DNA from: Mobula hypostoma
Lineage: Eukaryota
Length of the DNA stretch: 64,000 bases
Reading direction: 5' to 3'
Assembly (NCBI RefSeq): GCF_963921235.1
Contig: NC_086097.1
Location: 179,306,001 to 179,370,000, forward strand
In this document: positions 60,776-64,000 of the stretch, piece after piece
Layout: every line of letters begins with the position of its first letter
Position numbering within the stretch: position 1 is the stretch's first letter
The notes under the pieces: model-generated
Told to the model about the DNA's origin: nothing
Seen by the model: the letters and a program-made list of their open reading frames with translations, nothing else
The model's database searches: none
Translations under genes and position numbers: made by a program

Positions 60776-63525
60776 GTGACAGAGGCACAGGAGTGCTTAC
60801 GGGACTGCTTTCAGTCAGTGGACTGGACTGTATTCAGGGATTCATCTTCGAGGCTGAATGCGTACACCACAGCTCTCACTGACTTCATTAAAACCCATGT
60901 GGATGAGTGTGTGCCTACGAGAACTTACTGTACATACCCAAATCAAAAACTATGGATGAACCAGGAGGTTCATAGTCTGCGGAGGGCTAGGTCTGTGGCA
61001 TTCAAGTCCGGCGACCCAGGTCTGTACAAGAAAATCAGGTGTGACTTGTGGAGGGCTATTTCAGGAGTGAAGAAACAATTCCAAGTGAGGTTGGAGGTGA
61101 CATTGGACACATGTCGACTCTGGCAGGGTTTGTAGGCCATTACTTCTTACAAAGCGAAACCCAACAAAATGAATGGCAGTGAAGCTTCAATCCCAGATAA
61201 GTTCGACACCTTTTATGCTCACTTTGAAAGGGAGAATAAAACTACAGCTATGAAGATCCCTGCAGCACCTGGGGACCCTGTGACCTCTGTCTCTGAGGCC
61301 AACATCAGGTTGTCTTTCAAGAGGGTGAACCCTTGCAAGGTGACAGTCTCCAATGGTGTACCCGGTAGAACTCTGAAAACCTGTGCCAACCAACTGGCGA
61401 GGTCTTCAAAGATATTTCCAATCTCTCACTGCTACACTTGTAAGTTCCCACCTGCTTCAAAAGGACAACAATTATATCAGTGCCCTAGAAGAGTAGGGTG
61501 AGCTGCTTTAACAACTATCACCCATTAGCTCTCACACCTTTGGTGATGAAGTTCTTTGCAAGGTTGGTTATGGTTCGAATCATCTCCTGCCTCAGCAAAG
61601 ACCTGGACCCACTGCAATTTGCCTGTTACCAGAAAAGGTCTACGGTGGTCACAATCTCACTGGCTCTCCATGTGGCCCTGGATCACCTGGACAATGCAAA
61701 TACCTCTGTCAGGATGCTGTTTATTGACTACAGGTCAGTGTTTAGCATCGTCATTCCTTCAATTCTTACCGAAAAGCTCTAGGACCTGGGCTTCTGTACT
61801 TACCTCTGCAACAGAATCCGCAGCTTCCTAACCGGAAGACCACAATTGGTGTGGATTGGAAATAACATCACCATCTCACTGACAATCAACACTGGCACAC
61901 CTCAGGGATGTGTGCTCAGCCCACTGCTCTACTCTACTCTACACCCATGACTGGGTGGCTAGGCACAGTCGAGCTGAGTGGTGCCACAGCAACAACCTTG
62001 CATTCAACCTCAGTAAAAACTAAAGAACTGATTGTGGACTTTAGAAAGGGCAATGCACAGGACACAACAGTCCTCATAGAGGGATCAGAAGTGGAGAGAG
62101 AGAGCAATCTCAAGTCTCTGGGTGTCAATATCTCTGAAGAGCTAACCTGGGCCCAACAGGCTGATGCAGCGTTGAAGAAGGCAAGACCATGAGACCATGA
62201 GATATCGGAGCAGAATTATACCATTTGACCCACAGAGTCTGCTCTGCCACTTTAGCATTGCTGATCCATTTTCCTCTCAGCCCAATGTCCTGCCTTCCCC
62301 CCGTTAACACTCCCTCATTCGGAGTTTGGTATGTTCACCAAAAACACTTGCAAATTTCTGTGGAGGCACAGGAGAGAGCCTTCTAGCTGGCTGCTTCACT
62401 GTCTGCTATGGTGGGGGGTGGTGCGAGTTGGTGGGTAGTGGCCCACTGCACAGGATCTAAATAAGCTGCAGAGAATTGTAAAATTAGTCAGCTCCATCAT
62501 GGGTACCAGCCTCCAAGCAGTGCCTCAGAAAGGTGGCGTCTATCACTAAGGACCCCCATCACCAAAGACATGCCCCCTTCTCAGAAAGGAGATATCGGGG
62601 CCTGAAGGCACATAGTCTGATTCAGAAACACCTTCTTCACCTTTGCCATCTGGTGTCTGAATGGACGTTGAACCCACGAATGCTACTCCAGCACTTTTTT
62701 ATTTCCTATTTTTTGTACTACTTATTTAATTCAACTATTTAGATTAGATTATGAGGACACTCAGTCCTTGTTTATTGTCATTTAGAAATGCATGCATTAA
62801 AAAATGATGCAACGTTCCTCCAGAATGATATCACCAAGAAAACAGGACAAACCAAAACTAAAACTAACAAAACCACATAATTATAACATATAGTTACAAC
62901 AGTGCAAAGCAATACCAGAATTTGATAAAGAGCAGACCATGGACACGGTAAAAAAAAAAGTCTCAAAGTCCCAATAGACACATCATCTTACGCAGGCGGC
63001 AGAAGGGAGGAACTCTCCCCGCCATGAACCTCCAAGCACCGGCAACTCGCCGATGCAGCACCATTGGAAGCACCCGACCGCAGCGGACTCTGAGTCCGTC
63101 CAAAAACTTCGATCTTCTGACCAGCCCCTCCGACATAGCCTCTCCGAGCACCATCCTTTGCCGAGCGCTTCGACCCTGCCCCGGCCGCTGAGCAACAAGC
63201 AAAGCTGAGGACTCGGGGCCTTCCCCTCCGGAGATTCTGGACCACACAGTAGCAGCAGCAGCAAAGTAGGCATTTCAGAAGTCTCACCAGATGTTCCTCC
63301 GTGCTCTCACGTCCGTCTCCATCAAATCAGGATTGTGCACGGCACCCTACTTGACAAATAGGGTGCAAGCTGAGTCATGCCACCATCTTCTCCTATGTAT
63401 TTAATATATATACTTAACTGTAGTTCACAATTTTCTTTTTTGTATATTATGTATTGCATTGTACTGCTGCCACTAATTAACAAATTTCACGACGTATGCC
63501 GGTGATATTAATCCTGATTCTGACT
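60776..63525 (+). mobile_element. Degenerate Rex1/Babar-like LINE with nested inserts (including a minus-strand element at ~62740-63395)
   Basis: LRDCFQSVDW, YPNQKLWM, LDPLQFA, RMLFIDY and KTKELIVDFRK motifs. 3' UTR resumes at ~63395. Confidence 0.85.
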
Positions 63526-63534
63526 TCTAGTATA

Positions 63535-63862
63535 AATGAAGTCCATGATACCACCAGGCACCTGAAAAGCAACAAAGCCACTGATCCTGAAGGGGTCCCA
63601 GCAGAGCATCTCAAGGAAGGTGGACCAGCACTCCTGCACCACGTTCATCCCTTGCTCCTGAATGCCTGAGGAAAGGAGCAACTGCCTTCAGAGCTCAGGG
63701 GTTTTCTAATAATGGCCATACTCAAGAAAGGAGACAAATCAGATTGTGGTAATTACAGAGGCATCTCCCTCCTGTCAACAACAGGCAAAGTGCTTACACG
63801 TATGCTTGTCAATCAACTCCTTCCGCTGTCTGAAGTACTCCCCAAATGAGTGTGCATTCCAT
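63535..63862 (+). mobile_element. RTE-clade LINE fragment (upstream part of RT)
   Basis: KSNKATDPEGVPAEHLKEGG...KKGDKSDCGNYRGISLLSTTGKV. Confidence 0.8.
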
Positions 63863-64000
63863 CAACACACTGTGCCAACTCCTAAACCTGTGCCCTGACT
63901 GATGAAGGCCAGTGTGTTGAACACCTTTACCATCCTCAAAATTCAAAGTTGAAAAGTTCAAAGTAAATTCATCATCAAAGTACGTATGATAGGCATCCGT

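Overview
This is eukaryotic (vertebrate) DNA, mostly transposable-element debris. CR1 LINEs, HE1/V-SINE-type SINEs, Rex1/Babar-like LINEs and Penelope-like elements together point to a cartilaginous fish, probably a ray or shark (inference). I find no intact cellular gene. The short unique islands between repeats contain about 20 plus-strand exon-like segments (about 1.5-51.3 kb). By recalled sequence they follow the maestro HEAT-like repeat protein MROH1, but carry stops, frameshifts and in-exon insertions, so this looks like a decayed MROH-family locus. Its C-terminal-like exons come before its N-terminal-like exons. The most distinctive signal is a family of short Penelope-derived insertions. 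They carry a minimal type I hammerhead ribozyme motif (AGTC-CTGANGA-AGG...CCT-GAAACGTC-GACT), have 13-14 bp target-site duplications, and are usually arranged as inverted pairs. Also present: a near full-length CR1, an internally deleted Gypsy LTR element with a tRNA-Trp primer site, Tc1, Tigger-like and hAT DNA transposon relics, an RTE split into oppositely oriented contiguous halves, and a 5.1 kb 31-bp minisatellite that explains the longest ORFs. All protein-family calls are by eye and from memory; no searches were run.
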